Part shown: positions 8,567 to 19,177 of the stretch, in pieces
Layout of the letters: every line of letters starts with the position of its first letter
Position numbering within the stretch: position 1 is the stretch's first letter
NCBI GenBank assembly: GCA_027365415.1
Contig: DAHXNK010000001.1
Location: 6,142 to 70,141, forward strand
Reading direction: 5' to 3'
DNA: 64,000 nucleotides
Source: Acidobacteriaceae bacterium
GTDB lineage: Bacteria; Acidobacteriota; Terriglobia; Terriglobales; Acidobacteriaceae
Notes under the pieces: model-generated
The model's input: the letters and a program-made list of their open reading frames with translations, nothing else
What the model was told of the DNA's origin: nothing
The model's database searches: none
Program-made: the position numbers and the translations under genes

Positions 8567-9502
8567 ATGAGCACGCACATCCATGAGACTGTAATCCTCG
8601 GCTCCGGTTGCGCCGGACTGACCGCTGCCATCTACGCCGCGCGCGCCAACCTGAAACCCATCGTGCTTGAAGGCCATGAGCCGGGCGGGCAGCTCTCCAT
8701 GACCACGCTGGTGGAAAATTTTCCCGGCTGGCCAGAGGGCATCCAAGGGCCGCAGTTGATCGAGAACATGAAGCAGCAGGCGGCGCGCTTTGGCGCGGAG
8801 TTTCGTCTGGCTCACCTGGCGAGTGTGGATTTGCAAAAGCGCCCCTTCGCTCTGAACCTGGGCAAGGAGACGCTGCACGCGCGCACATTGATTATCGCCA
8901 GCGGAGCCAGCGCGCGATGGTTAGGATTGCCCAGCGAAAAAGCTTTGATCGGCCACGGTGTCAGCAGTTGCGCCACCTGTGATGGCTTCTTTTTTAGCGG
9001 CAAGGAGATTGCCGTAATCGGCGGCGGCGACTCTGCGATGGAAGAGGCTATTTTTCTGACTCGCTTTGCCAGCAAGGTCACGCTGATTCATCGCCGCGAG
9101 CATTTTCGCGCATCCAAAATTATGCTGGATCGCGTGCTGGCGCATGAGAAGATTCGCGTCCTGACCAACATGGCGGTGGAGGAAGTGTTGGGCGTCGAGC
9201 AGAAAGAGGTCACGGGCCTAAAACTGCGCAACGTTGCCAATCAGGAGACGAGCGTGCTGCCCGTTAGCGCCATGTTTCTGGGCATCGGCCATGTGCCGAA
9301 TGCGAAGATGTTCGCCGACCAGATTGATCTGGACGACGACGGCTATGTGCGCACGCGTGACAATGTTTTTACCCGCGTGCCCGGTGTCTATGCTTGCGGA
9401 GACGTGCAGGATCGCCGCTATCGGCAGGCCATTACCGCTGCTGGCTCCGGTTGTATGGCCGCGCTGGAAGTGGAAAAGTTTCTCGAAGAGCACGGACGCT
9501 GA
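8567..9502 (+). CDS. trxB: thioredoxin-disulfide reductase
   Basis: FAD motif 'GSGCAG', redox-active 'CATCDG', NADPH motif 'GGGDSAMEEA'. Confidence 0.95.
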   Translation: MSTHIHETVILGSGCAGLTAAIYAARANLKPIVLEGHEPGGQLSMTTLVENFPGWPEGIQGPQLIENMKQQAARFGAEFRLAHLASVDLQKRPFALNLGKETLHARTLIIASGASARWLGLPSEKALIGHGVSSCATCDGFFFSGKEIAVIGGGDSAMEEAIFLTRFASKVTLIHRREHFRASKIMLDRVLAHEKIRVLTNMAVEEVLGVEQKEVTGLKLRNVANQETSVLPVSAMFLGIGHVPNAKMFADQIDLDDDGYVRTRDNVFTRVPGVYACGDVQDRRYRQAITAAGSGCMAALEVEKFLEEHGR

Positions 9503-9547
9503 ACGCGCTGTACGCAGACAAGTGCGGGAGAAAATCTAAAAACATCT

Positions 9548-10282
9548 ATGTCCATTGCTGGCAACCTTGCGCGTGTACAAGAGCAGATGCGCGCCGCCTG
9601 TCGTCGTGCCGGACGCCAACCAGAGAGCGTGCAGCTTATGGCCGTCTCGAAAATGCAGTCGCCGGAGCGCATCGTCGAAGCGTATGCCGCAGGGCTGCGA
9701 CTCTTCGGTGAAAATCGCGTGCAGGAGTTTGCGGAAAAGCAGCCTGCGCTGGCAGCGGCAGGAATGTTTACAGGCAGGGCGGCTGCTTCCTTTCATCTCA
9801 TTGGCCCATTGCAATCGAACAAAGCCGCGCGCGCAGCGCAACTCTTCGATGCTATAGATACCGTCGATTCTCTGCGGCTGGCTGAAAAACTGAACCAAAT
9901 CGCTGCCGCTGCTAATGCAACGCTGCCAGTTTTGCTGGAGATCAAACTAAGCGCGGAGACCTCCAAACACGGCCTGCTGCCGGAGAGCGCGGAATTGGCT
10001 CTGCTGCTGGAATGCGCCCCAGATTGGCCGCATCTGCAAGTGCGCGGCCTGATGACCGTTCCGCCATACTCGGAGAATCTCGAAGCGGTCAGGCCGTATT
10101 TTCGCCGCCTGCGCCAGTTGCGCGATGTGCTGACGCAGCAATATCCTCGCCTCGCGCTCGACCAGCTTTCGATGGGCATGTCGCATGATTTCCCCGTAGC
10201 CATCGAAGAAGGCTCGACCTGCACGCGCATCGGCACGGCCATTTTTGGCACGCGTCCGTCGTTGGATACGCGGCAGGAATGA
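9548..10282 (+). CDS. yggS: YggS-family pyridoxal-phosphate homeostasis protein
   Basis: 244 aa with an alanine-racemase N-terminal-like fold pattern and PLP lysine in 'LMAVSKMQ'. Stop overlaps the next gene (ATGA). Confidence 0.88.
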   Translation: MSIAGNLARVQEQMRAACRRAGRQPESVQLMAVSKMQSPERIVEAYAAGLRLFGENRVQEFAEKQPALAAAGMFTGRAAASFHLIGPLQSNKAARAAQLFDAIDTVDSLRLAEKLNQIAAAANATLPVLLEIKLSAETSKHGLLPESAELALLLECAPDWPHLQVRGLMTVPPYSENLEAVRPYFRRLRQLRDVLTQQYPRLALDQLSMGMSHDFPVAIEEGSTCTRIGTAIFGTRPSLDTRQE

Positions 10283-10581
10283 CTTCCATCCCCATTCGCG
10301 ACACACCACAGGGAGCCAGCTTTCTGGTGCGCGTGCAGCCCCGCGCCCGCAAAAGTGCCGTGCAGGGCGTGATGGGCGAGGCGCTGCGGGTCGCGCTCTC
10401 CACGCCGCCCATTGACGGACGCGCCAATGACGCGCTGATTCTTTTTCTCGCGGAGTTGCTGAACGTGCCGCGTTCCAGCATCACACTCGCCTCCGGGGAG
10501 CGCGCCCGCAACAAGCGCATCTGCATTGCAGGCCGCAGCGCAGCGCAGATTCTGGCTGCGATGGAAAACATCTTGCTATAA
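10279..10581 (+). CDS. DUF167 (YggU) family protein
   Basis: 100 aa with 'VRVQPRARKSAV...PPIDGRANDALI' typical of YggU. Conserved yggS-yggU pairing. Confidence 0.85.
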   Translation: MTSIPIRDTPQGASFLVRVQPRARKSAVQGVMGEALRVALSTPPIDGRANDALILFLAELLNVPRSSITLASGERARNKRICIAGRSAAQILAAMENILL

Positions 10582-10659
10582 CGCGCCAAATTTCCCCACA
10601 ACTCCCTAGGTCGCAAAAACGAGACTGGGAGCACCCAGATTTTTCATTTTCTCTATAAG

Positions 10660-12102
10660 ATGAGCAGCATGATCTCGCTCTACGCTGTGGTGCTCGCTGT
10701 CGTTGTGCTCACCTTGCTGAGAGTTTCGCTGGCCCGCATACATACTGTAAAAACCAAAGCGGATTATCTGGTGGCAGGCCGTTCCCTGCCGACGTATGTT
10801 TTGATCTTTACGCTGCTCAGCTCCTGGATTGGCGCGGGTTCCCTGTTTGCTGGCGCGGAGAATGCCTACCGCAATGGATTCTCTGCGCTGTGGCTCTCGG
10901 CGGGCGGATGGGTGGGGCTGCTGTTGATTTATTTCATCGCGCCACGCGCCAGAAAATTTGCTCAGTTCACCATTCCCGACCTGCTCGAAGCCCGCTACAA
11001 CGCGACCGCGCGCGTGCTGGGCGTGATTGCGATTCTCTTTGCCTATACGGCCATCGCCAGCTACCAACTGCGCGGCGGCGGCGACATTCTGCATCTGATC
11101 TTTCCGGGCATCATTAGCAGCACGCTAGGCATGTATATCGTCGCGGCCTTTGTGATTTTGTTTACCGCGCTGGCTGGCATGTCCTCGGTTGCATATATGG
11201 ATGTGGCTATCGGGCTGCTCGTAACGGTTGCGTGTGTGCTGGCGGTGCCGATCCTGCTGCATCAGGCAGGTGGATGGGCCGGACTGCACGCATCCTTGCC
11301 CATCTCGCATTTTCAGATTCTCGGCCCGCTCACCTGGACGCGCGCAATGGAATTTTTCCTGCCAACGCTGTTGCTGATGCTGGGCAATCAGTCGATGTAT
11401 CAGAAATTCTTTTCGGCAAAATCGGAGAAGGCGGCGCGGCAGGCTGTCGTGGGCTGGGTCATCGGCACGGTGATTCTGGAGACGATTATTGTCGCGATTG
11501 CCGTGATTGGCTCGGCGCTCTATTCGACGGGAGAAGTAGCGCAGCATCCCCGCGAGATCATCGCCTACACGGCGCGGCATGGGCTGCCTGCCGTGCTGGG
11601 CGCGCTGCTGCTGGGAGCAGTCTTTGCCAAAGTGATCTCCACGGCGAACAACTATTTATTTTCCCCGGCGACGAATCTGGTCAACGATGTTTTTCTTCGC
11701 TACATCGAACCGAAGGCCAGCAATCCGCGCATTCTGCTGGTTTCGCGGCTGATGGTAGTGGGGTTGGGCATCTGGGCGCTGGCGCAGGCGGCGTATACGC
11801 AGTCGATTCTGGAGAAATCTCTCTACGCCTACACCATCTACTCCGTCGCGCTAACGCCGGTGATTCTGGCGGCCTTTTATTCGCGTCGCGCAACCGCTGC
11901 GGGCGCGGTGAGTTGCATCGCCGCAGGCACGCTGGTCACGATCTTCTGGGATACGAGCTTCGTCCATCGGCACCTGCCCACAGCAATTGCCCAGCGCGAG
12001 GCGCTGTTTCCTGCACTGATCGTTTCGCTGCTCTGCCTGGTCGTGGTGAGCGCGTTGACCACTCCGCCGCGAGAGGAACAGCTTGCGCCGTTTCGGGGAT
12101 AG
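10660..12102 (+). CDS. sodium:solute symporter family transporter
   Basis: 480 aa, polytopic (about 13 TM), with SSF-like N-terminus 'DYLVAGRSLP'. Confidence 0.85.
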   Translation: MSSMISLYAVVLAVVVLTLLRVSLARIHTVKTKADYLVAGRSLPTYVLIFTLLSSWIGAGSLFAGAENAYRNGFSALWLSAGGWVGLLLIYFIAPRARKFAQFTIPDLLEARYNATARVLGVIAILFAYTAIASYQLRGGGDILHLIFPGIISSTLGMYIVAAFVILFTALAGMSSVAYMDVAIGLLVTVACVLAVPILLHQAGGWAGLHASLPISHFQILGPLTWTRAMEFFLPTLLLMLGNQSMYQKFFSAKSEKAARQAVVGWVIGTVILETIIVAIAVIGSALYSTGEVAQHPREIIAYTARHGLPAVLGALLLGAVFAKVISTANNYLFSPATNLVNDVFLRYIEPKASNPRILLVSRLMVVGLGIWALAQAAYTQSILEKSLYAYTIYSVALTPVILAAFYSRRATAAGAVSCIAAGTLVTIFWDTSFVHRHLPTAIAQREALFPALIVSLLCLVVVSALTTPPREEQLAPFRG

Positions 12103-12132
12103 CGTAAACAGGCCCAAGGGGACGCTCTGCAT

Positions 12133-12166
12133 CCCAAGTCGCAAAAGCGAGACACGGGGCACCCGG
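12133..12166. repeat. REP-like element, same family as 2436-2493
   Basis: 'cccaagtcgcaaaagcgagacacggggcacccgg' shares the aaaagcgaga core and ggggcacccgg tail. Confidence 0.55.
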
Positions 12167-12179
12167 CGAAAACGCCAGA

Positions 12180-12217
12180 CACATTGGGGTATCTCCCAAA
12201 GGGGATACCCCAATGTG
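12180..12217. terminator. long perfect hairpin between convergent genes (putative bidirectional terminator)
   Basis: cacattggggtatctcc-caaa-ggggataccccaatgtg forms a stem of about 17 bp with a 4-nt loop. It lies between the symporter stop (12102) and the ribA stop (12233). Confidence 0.6.
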
Positions 12218-12232
12218 CATGTGCAACTATTT

Positions 12233-12895
12233 TTACTGCTCCGAAAGATGACCCATCTTGTCGCGCTTTACCTGCAAATACTTTTCAAATGTTGCCAAGG
12301 ATTCCACGCTCGCCGAGATGCGCTCAACCACGCGAATGCCAGCCAGCTCCAGCGCTGCGACCTTTTCCGGGTTGTTGGTCATCAGCCTTACAGCGGAGAT
12401 ACCCAGCAGCTTTAACACCTCTGCGGGCAGTTCAAACTCGCGGCAATCGGCCTTGAATCCCAGATACTCGTTCGCCTGCACGGTGTCCATACCTTCGTCC
12501 TGCAAAGCGTAGGCCTGCAACTTCGGCATCAGGCCAATCCCGCGCCCCTCCTGCATTTCGTACAGCAAAATTCCTGTGCCCGCTTCGGCAATGGTGCGCA
12601 GCGCCAGCTCCAGTTGCAAGCGGCAATCGCAGCGCAGGGAACCCAGAACATCTCCGGTCAAACATTGCGAGTGAATGCGCACGATGGGCGGCTGGGCATG
12701 GGGTAACTGGGCATGAATATCTCCCATGACCAGAGCCACCATTTCCTCCTCCGGACGCTGCCGTATCAGGCTCGCATCACAACCAGCGTCGCCAGATCTG
12801 CCATCCCATGCGCCGATGAAGCCGTGAATACGGAAATGCCCCCATCGACTGGGGAAATCGGCCTCGGAAATCTTACGCACACTTAGAAACGCCAT
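12233..12895 (-). CDS. ribA: GTP cyclohydrolase II
   Basis: 'RIHSQCLTGDVLGSLRCDCRLQLELAL' zinc/GTP-site motif and 'EGRGIGL'. Confidence 0.9.
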   Translation of the reverse strand: MAFLSVRKISEADFPSRWGHFRIHGFIGAWDGRSGDAGCDASLIRQRPEEEMVALVMGDIHAQLPHAQPPIVRIHSQCLTGDVLGSLRCDCRLQLELALRTIAEAGTGILLYEMQEGRGIGLMPKLQAYALQDEGMDTVQANEYLGFKADCREFELPAEVLKLLGISAVRLMTNNPEKVAALELAGIRVVERISASVESLATFEKYLQVKRDKMGHLSEQ

Positions 12896-12916
12896 ATCGC
12901 GATTATAGGACGCGGC

Positions 12917-14062
12917 TTACCGCGCAGAGTCGCGCAGCACGGATTCATAGAACCGCTCATAGCGGGGGATGATATGCGAGGCGCAGTAAGTTTGTTTCGC
13001 CACGCGGCGCGCCGCCTTCGCCATTGCCTGGATGCGATCGGAATTTTGCAGCAGCGCAATGGCTGCCTCGCTCATCTCATCGACCGCGCCTACAGGAAAC
13101 AGGAAGCCTGTCACTCCATGCTCGATCAACTCCGTCATACCGCCGACTGCCGTGCCAACGGTGGGAACCTCACAGGCCATCGCTTCGAGCGCTGCCAATC
13201 CAAAGGATTCCAACTCGCTGGGCATCAGCATCAGATCGGCGATCGGCAGTAGTTCATAAATGCTGTCCAGCTTTCCCAAAAAATGCACGCGATCATGAAT
13301 TTTTAGTTGCACGGCCAGCCATTCAGCCACGGAACGCTCCGGGCCGTCTCCGACCATCAGCAGGCGCGCCGGCATCTTGCGAGCCACGCGGGCAAAAATT
13401 TCGATCACGTCGCGAACGCGCTTGACGGGGCGGAAGTTCGACAGATGCACCAGCAAGAGCTCGTCTTTACTGGCATATTGCGCGCGCAATTGTTCTGCGG
13501 CAGCCTTGTTTCGCACATAGATATCGCAGTTGACAAAGTTGGGAATCACGGCAATTTCGCGTGTCGTGCCAAAGGTCTCCACCGTCTTCTGCCGCAAATA
13601 ATCGGAGATGGCCGTCACACCATCGCTCTCATCAATGGCATAGCGCGTGATGGGCAGATAGGCGCGATCCGCGCCGACCAGCGTGATGTCCGTTCCATGC
13701 AACGTGGTAACAAACGGCAGGCGGCGGCCTGCGCGGGCCAGCATCTGTCGAGCCAGCAACGCGCTGACGGAGTGGGGAATCGCGTAATGCACATGCAGCA
13801 AATCTAGGTCGTAATACTCGGCGACCTCCGCCATGTGCGTCGCCAATGCCAGGTCGTAAGGCGGAAATTCAAAAAGCGGATAGTTGGAGACCGGAACCTC
13901 GTGAAAATGAATCTTGCTCTCCCGACCCGCCAACCGAAAGGGTTGGGAGTAGGAGATAAAGTGAACCTCGTGCCCGCGTGTCGCCAGCTCAATGCCCAGT
14001 TCGGTGGCGACCACGCCGCTGCCGCCGTAGGTTGGATAACAGGTGATTCCGATTTTCATCAT
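12917..14062 (-). CDS. bshA: N-acetyl-alpha-D-glucosaminyl L-malate synthase (GT4)
   Basis: Near-collinear with Bacillus BshA as I remember it: '[21 protein letters not shown]', 'TTLHGTDIT', 'SNFRPVKRV', '[16 protein letters not shown]'. Confidence 0.88.
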   Translation of the reverse strand: MMKIGITCYPTYGGSGVVATELGIELATRGHEVHFISYSQPFRLAGRESKIHFHEVPVSNYPLFEFPPYDLALATHMAEVAEYYDLDLLHVHYAIPHSVSALLARQMLARAGRRLPFVTTLHGTDITLVGADRAYLPITRYAIDESDGVTAISDYLRQKTVETFGTTREIAVIPNFVNCDIYVRNKAAAEQLRAQYASKDELLLVHLSNFRPVKRVRDVIEIFARVARKMPARLLMVGDGPERSVAEWLAVQLKIHDRVHFLGKLDSIYELLPIADLMLMPSELESFGLAALEAMACEVPTVGTAVGGMTELIEHGVTGFLFPVGAVDEMSEAAIALLQNSDRIQAMAKAARRVAKQTYCASHIIPRYERFYESVLRDSAR

Positions 14063-14113
14063 GTCTCGCTTTCAAATTGGATGCGGACAACGTAACGCTG
14101 GCTGCAAGATTTT

Positions 14114-14983
14114 TTATTCTTCGGGCAAGTTCCCATAGTGAATGCGCTGCACGTTGGCGTGTCTTGCTGCGTCGCGCGACAACGTGGCCAGCAGCGCGGC
14201 AACTTCCACCTCCCTGGATGCGAGCAGCCGCGTGCGCGTTGCGTGCAACTCTGCATCCAGATAGGCAGGATGACAGACCATCTCCCATGTGCCTTCTGGG
14301 ATTTTTTTTAGAATCGCGTCGAGAGTCGCGGCGTCCAGCGTTCCGGTCGCTAAAACTCCTAGGCAGCCGTCGGTGGTTGTCATCGCGGCAGCGCGTGTTT
14401 TTGCAAGAAATTGCGCGCGCAGCGTACGCAAAAGATGTACCTCCAACCGCCGCGTGGCGCTAGCTTGCGGCGTTGCGCGAACGCTCCATCTCGGCTCGAA
14501 TGGATTGCGAATTTTCTGTACACCACACTGTTGCGCTGCGTGCAACACTGGCTCCAGTACATGTGGAAACATGTGCGTGTGCTTGTGCGTGTCGAGGTGC
14601 GTCACGGCCACGCCGCTTGTTTGCAGGCGTTGGACCTGCGCCGTAGCCTCCAGCAGAACATGTTGCGGATGAATGCGGCCCAGAACTAAATCCCGCACAA
14701 AGCTCCCCAGCGTGGGTCGAAAAGCGGGCACGCGGCTGTTGGAATCGAGAAGCGTGGAAATCGTGTGCGGTGGAGACAGCGGAATGCCATCAACCAGAAC
14801 AATGTGGCATCCGACGCCAAGTGTGGGATATTGCTGCGCCAGATCAACGGCCTGCTGGAAGCTGGGCGCGGCGGCCATCAGGGTTGTCGAGGTCAGCGCA
14901 CCGACGCGGTGCAACTCGATGACAGCCTGATTGATGCCCGGAGTCAGGCCAAAATCATCCGCGTTGACAATCAAGCGATGCAT
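14114..14983 (-). CDS. ChbG/HpnK (YdjC) family carbohydrate deacetylase
   Basis: N-terminal 'LIVNADDFGL', 'VGCHIVL' and 'HLDTHKHTH' metal-site pattern of YdjC-like proteins. Confidence 0.85.
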   Translation of the reverse strand: MHRLIVNADDFGLTPGINQAVIELHRVGALTSTTLMAAAPSFQQAVDLAQQYPTLGVGCHIVLVDGIPLSPPHTISTLLDSNSRVPAFRPTLGSFVRDLVLGRIHPQHVLLEATAQVQRLQTSGVAVTHLDTHKHTHMFPHVLEPVLHAAQQCGVQKIRNPFEPRWSVRATPQASATRRLEVHLLRTLRAQFLAKTRAAAMTTTDGCLGVLATGTLDAATLDAILKKIPEGTWEMVCHPAYLDAELHATRTRLLASREVEVAALLATLSRDAARHANVQRIHYGNLPEE

Positions 14984-15145
14984 CGGCTCAGTCTACCAAT
15001 TGCGCGGGTCGCAGCGTTGGGATCCAGTTTGAAAAGCCATCTCTCAAAGGGCTGCATTGACCGTCGCCGAACGCTTCCATAGACTGAGGACAGCACAACC
15101 CCAGCATGATGCAGCGCAATCTATGCGCGACGTATGCGCAACCGG

Positions 15146-15222
<77 letters not shown>

Positions 15223-15225
15223 TAT

Positions 15226-16413
15226 CTAGTGAATGTTCTTGAGTAACTGCTCCGCGTAATAGTTCACCACATGCGCCTGGTTCTGCATTACCTCAAGATA
15301 TGCCTCTTTCATGAGGCGCGCGCGGCTGTCGTGCAACTGCTGGCGAATCATCTGTTGCACGCGAGGATCGCTGAGTAGGTGCTGGCCTGCGGGTTCCACT
15401 GCGATGAGCTTGTAAATGACGTAGCCCATAACGGCATTGGAAGTTGGACTCTCATGGAGCGGCAGAATGGGAGTAATCTGTCCGGGCTTAAGTGTGGTGA
15501 TGGCAGCGTAGACGCCCGGATCGGCGCGCAACTGCGATTCGGGAGCAAAGCCCATATCCCCGCCGCTGGCTGCGGTGTCCGGCTGCTCGGAAAAGTTCAT
15601 GGCCAGTGTGGCGAAGTCTTCGCCGCTTTCTAGGCGGTTGTGCAGCGTCTGGATTTTCTTCTGGGCCTCAGCATCATTCTTGGCCTTGCTGTTCTGCAAA
15701 TTACCCGGTTTCTGATTCGGCATCGAGGTCACAACAATCTGCGCCAGATGATACTGCGGCTCAATCAAATTGAAGTCAGCCTTGTGCAAATTGTAGTAAT
15801 CGGCAATCTGCGCGTCCGTAATGTTGATTTTGGATTCGACCTCTTTATTGATGACCTTGCTGCTGGTTAGAGAACGACGCAAGTCGTGACGCAGATCGTC
15901 CAGCGTGAGATTCTTGGACTGGAGTTGGGCGTTGAACTGAGCTTCGGTGTAAGGAGCCTTCAATTCGGCGATCTTTGCATTCACCTCGGCATCGGTCGCC
16001 ACCAGATGGAGTTTTTCTGCCTGCTGGCGTGTAATTTCCTCGTCGATCAAGCTGCGGATAATTTCCAGCCGCATACGATCCGCTGCATCCTCCGTGGGTG
16101 GCTGCGGCGCGGAGCTGATGCGATTGTGATAATACTTCTCAACATCCGCGCGCGGGATGGGATGACCGTTGACCGTGGCCCAAACATCGGGATTGGGCGC
16201 GCGGTTGCACCCAGCCACGCTGAGGAACACCAGTGCCCCCACAACGACATGCGACAGCCGCAAACTGCGGAATGAGGCGATGCTCCGTTTCGGAGAAGTA
16301 TCGCGTGAAGTAGTTATTCCAGCCGATGGCTGTGTCAACGAAAATGTTTTCTGCATCGTGTCCATATTCGACTTATTCCTGTTCAACGCTTGATTCCATC
16401 TTGTACCAGTCAT
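15226..16413 (-). CDS. SurA/PpiD-like peptidyl-prolyl isomerase (parvulin domain), probable lipoprotein
   Basis: Lipobox 'LSVAGC', a SurA-N-like helical region, and parvulin motifs 'HLAQIVV' and 'GGDMGF'. Exact start uncertain. Confidence 0.8.
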   Translation of the reverse strand: MTGTRWNQALNRNKSNMDTMQKTFSLTQPSAGITTSRDTSPKRSIASFRSLRLSHVVVGALVFLSVAGCNRAPNPDVWATVNGHPIPRADVEKYYHNRISSAPQPPTEDAADRMRLEIIRSLIDEEITRQQAEKLHLVATDAEVNAKIAELKAPYTEAQFNAQLQSKNLTLDDLRHDLRRSLTSSKVINKEVESKINITDAQIADYYNLHKADFNLIEPQYHLAQIVVTSMPNQKPGNLQNSKAKNDAEAQKKIQTLHNRLESGEDFATLAMNFSEQPDTAASGGDMGFAPESQLRADPGVYAAITTLKPGQITPILPLHESPTSNAVMGYVIYKLIAVEPAGQHLLSDPRVQQMIRQQLHDSRARLMKEAYLEVMQNQAHVVNYYAEQLLKNIH

Positions 16414-16534
16414 GTATGCACCGTCGATCCCATATATTTAGGTTGGGCCTGCATCCTGTTACAGCCTACATTCCATGCATCCACACTAAAAACATACAGC
16501 AAGATAGACGATGCTGCCCTGTTTTCTGTTCTTG

Positions 16535-17611
16535 TCAATGAGCAGGCGCAGGCTTCGGGGCAGACGCAGACTTCGGACTGCTGCTGCTGCCCGTGATGGC
16601 GGCAGGTTTCTTTTCCTGCGGCGGAGGAGTTCCTCCCGCATCCACGATGGCCCGGTCAATGACGGCCCACAGCGTGGATTGCGAAACTACTCCCACAACG
16701 CGCTCACCATTGATAAACAACGTGGGCGTCCCGTCAATTTCAAGAGCCGTGCCAGCCTTCATGGAAGCGCGCACGGCCGTCTCATTCTGTTTGCTGATAC
16801 ACAGATCCAGCTTGGCGGCCTTCACGCCTTGCCGCTTGCCTTCCTCTCGCGTCAACTGATCCAGCCGGAGCATCGCGGCTTTCATGTCGGGATGGTTGGA
16901 TTTCCCCGTAATTTCATCTCCGTGCCCATGAATATAGTCCACCAGATTCCAATATCCTTTTTTGCTTTGCGCGGCCAAACAATTGACATCCACGGCAGCG
17001 TGCATCGCCCAGGGATGGATATCCGTCAAAGGGTAATCTTCATCGATGTAGCGTACCTGATCCTTATAATGCTCCTCTGTCGTGGGGAACAGCACCGTCT
17101 GCATAAGCGCGCAGAAGGGGCATTCCAGATCGTCGAAGTCAACGATGGTGACAAGGGCATGGTCAGAGCCGCGAACAGGTCTGCCCAGAAGGGAAACTCC
17201 AGCCAGCGGATTCTTGCTCAAATCAAATTTTTCCAAGTGCGCCAAGGTGTTGTTGTCTGTCGAAATCAGAAGATTCATCGTCTGCGCGCCCCCATCGTGG
17301 TGAAAGGTCACGGGCAACGTATCAAAGCCCGGGACAGCGCTCTTACTGCGTTTTCCAATTACGACAACATACTCCGGTGGCACATTGAACTGGGAGCGAA
17401 CCGTTAATTCGATGCGACGATCCAGCGCAGTTGGCTTCGCTTGCACAATTGGCTTTACCTGCGCGAGTGGTTTTGCCTGCGCAAGTGGCGGAGCTGCCTT
17501 TGCGGGGCTGACCGACGCTGTCTGCACATGGCAGCCGACCGTTACAACAGTAAATAAAAGGAGGAGCCAGAGACGTGAAATTCGCAAAAAACCCTCGCTA
17601 ATACGGTACAT
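16535..17611 (-). CDS. DsbA-family thiol:disulfide oxidoreductase, lipoprotein
   Basis: Lipobox 'TVGC', thioredoxin-fold active site 'CPFC', and an A/K/P-rich linker. Confidence 0.8.
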   Translation of the reverse strand: MYRISEGFLRISRLWLLLLFTVVTVGCHVQTASVSPAKAAPPLAQAKPLAQVKPIVQAKPTALDRRIELTVRSQFNVPPEYVVVIGKRSKSAVPGFDTLPVTFHHDGGAQTMNLLISTDNNTLAHLEKFDLSKNPLAGVSLLGRPVRGSDHALVTIVDFDDLECPFCALMQTVLFPTTEEHYKDQVRYIDEDYPLTDIHPWAMHAAVDVNCLAAQSKKGYWNLVDYIHGHGDEITGKSNHPDMKAAMLRLDQLTREEGKRQGVKAAKLDLCISKQNETAVRASMKAGTALEIDGTPTLFINGERVVGVVSQSTLWAVIDRAIVDAGGTPPPQEKKPAAITGSSSSPKSASAPKPAPAH

Positions 17612-17691
17612 CCATTATCACACGCGCTAGCTGCCAGAGATGGGGAGGCGCGTCGAGAATCGAGCAATCCTCCCGGCAGCGATGATCCGAT

Positions 17692-19119
17692 TTAGAACTC
17701 TTCTTCGGGTTGGTGGAAATACATGTTCCAGCCAAGGTAGTTGCTGGCAGCCTCGTAGACGGCGCTGGCGCTTTGCGAAAAGTTGGCGGCAACGTGATGC
17801 TCGAAGCCCTCTTCGCAAATGAAACGCAGCAGTCGCTGCATCTGCGGAATCTGCACCACGCCGGCGCCGCCGAAGGTCTCCAGCGGATCGTTGGTAAATC
17901 TCCCCTCACCGACATAGCCGCGTATTTCTCCATTGAGATCATCCGTGGAGAAACGGGCGTAGCTCATCTCCCCAGCTTTGACGCGGCCCACACAGGTACC
18001 GAAGGTATTCTCTTTGCCGACTGTGCCCGCGAGGATGGACTGAAAATCCATGACGACATCTTGGAAAAAATGTTTGGGAAGATTGGAGCAGTGGAAACAG
18101 ACAGCCTTGTCGGGGTCGTCGCCATAGTTGTTGTTCCAATCGAGCAGCGCGCTGGGAGTCTCGGAGGCTAGCGCCAGAGCGTGCATGCTCAGCGTGCCCA
18201 CCACATCAACCTCGCAGGCCGATGGAATCAGGTTTTCGCTCATCATGCTCATAATGGCGCAGGGCACCACGCCAAAGTATTCTTCAAGCGAAGTCCAGCA
18301 CTGGACGGCGCTGATGGTGGTTTGCGTCTGCTGCATCCACTCCTCGATCACCCAGCCCAGCTTGGCCATTTTGACCAGCGCAGGTTCGGGAACATTGTCG
18401 GTCTTGACGTATTTCTTGATCGCAGCCAGCTTGGCCTCGACATTGCTGTCACCGTTTTTGAGGCGCTCGATGCGACCCAAAATCTCTGACAGATCAATCG
18501 GCTCAACGGAGATGCCGTTAGCTTCAAGCAGCTTCTCACTGTAGCGAACGGTATTGAAGGCGGCGGGTCGCGCTCCAATAGAGCCGATGCGCAGGTTTGT
18601 CAGGCCACGCACAATGCGGCAGACTGCGGCAAACCAGGCCAAGTCTTTTTTGAAGGATTCCGAGCTGGGAGAAACCGTGTGCAGTCGGGTGAGCGAATAC
18701 GAAATGCCGTACTGCATCAGATTGTTGCAGGCTGACATCTTGCCGCAAAAACTGTCGCGGCGAAAGGCAATGGCCATTTTGGAGGTCTTGTCGGGCGTGG
18801 CCTGCACCAACACGGGAACTTGCAGCGTGGAGAGACGCAGCGCGTCGGCAATGGCGCGCTCATCGCCGAAGTTGGGCAGCGTGACAATAACGCCGTCAAT
18901 CTCATCGCGATGCTGGCGGAAAAGATCGCCACAGCGTCGCGCCTCGGCATGGGTTTCGACGGCGCCATACTTCGACTCTTCTAGGCCGAGCACAATGGCG
19001 CGAATGCCCGCAGCGGCCAACACCGTCAGCATCTCATCGCGGCCCTCCTGCGCCAGATGACCAGGGAAAAACCCACGATTGCCAACGATAACTCCCAAGG
19101 TAAGCGGATGTTTACTCAC
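17692..19119 (-). CDS. L-fucose/L-arabinose isomerase family protein
   Basis: 475 aa. The N-terminus 'LGVIVGNRGFFPGHL...' and overall length match the FucI-like family as I remember it. Last gene of a transporter operon. Confidence 0.7.
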   Translation of the reverse strand: MSKHPLTLGVIVGNRGFFPGHLAQEGRDEMLTVLAAAGIRAIVLGLEESKYGAVETHAEARRCGDLFRQHRDEIDGVIVTLPNFGDERAIADALRLSTLQVPVLVQATPDKTSKMAIAFRRDSFCGKMSACNNLMQYGISYSLTRLHTVSPSSESFKKDLAWFAAVCRIVRGLTNLRIGSIGARPAAFNTVRYSEKLLEANGISVEPIDLSEILGRIERLKNGDSNVEAKLAAIKKYVKTDNVPEPALVKMAKLGWVIEEWMQQTQTTISAVQCWTSLEEYFGVVPCAIMSMMSENLIPSACEVDVVGTLSMHALALASETPSALLDWNNNYGDDPDKAVCFHCSNLPKHFFQDVVMDFQSILAGTVGKENTFGTCVGRVKAGEMSYARFSTDDLNGEIRGYVGEGRFTNDPLETFGGAGVVQIPQMQRLLRFICEEGFEHHVAANFSQSASAVYEAASNYLGWNMYFHQPEEEF

Positions 19120-19177
19120 TGCATGTCTCCTGTCTCTCGTAAGTCTTCCACAACTCCAATCCGAACTTGCGGCGGTA

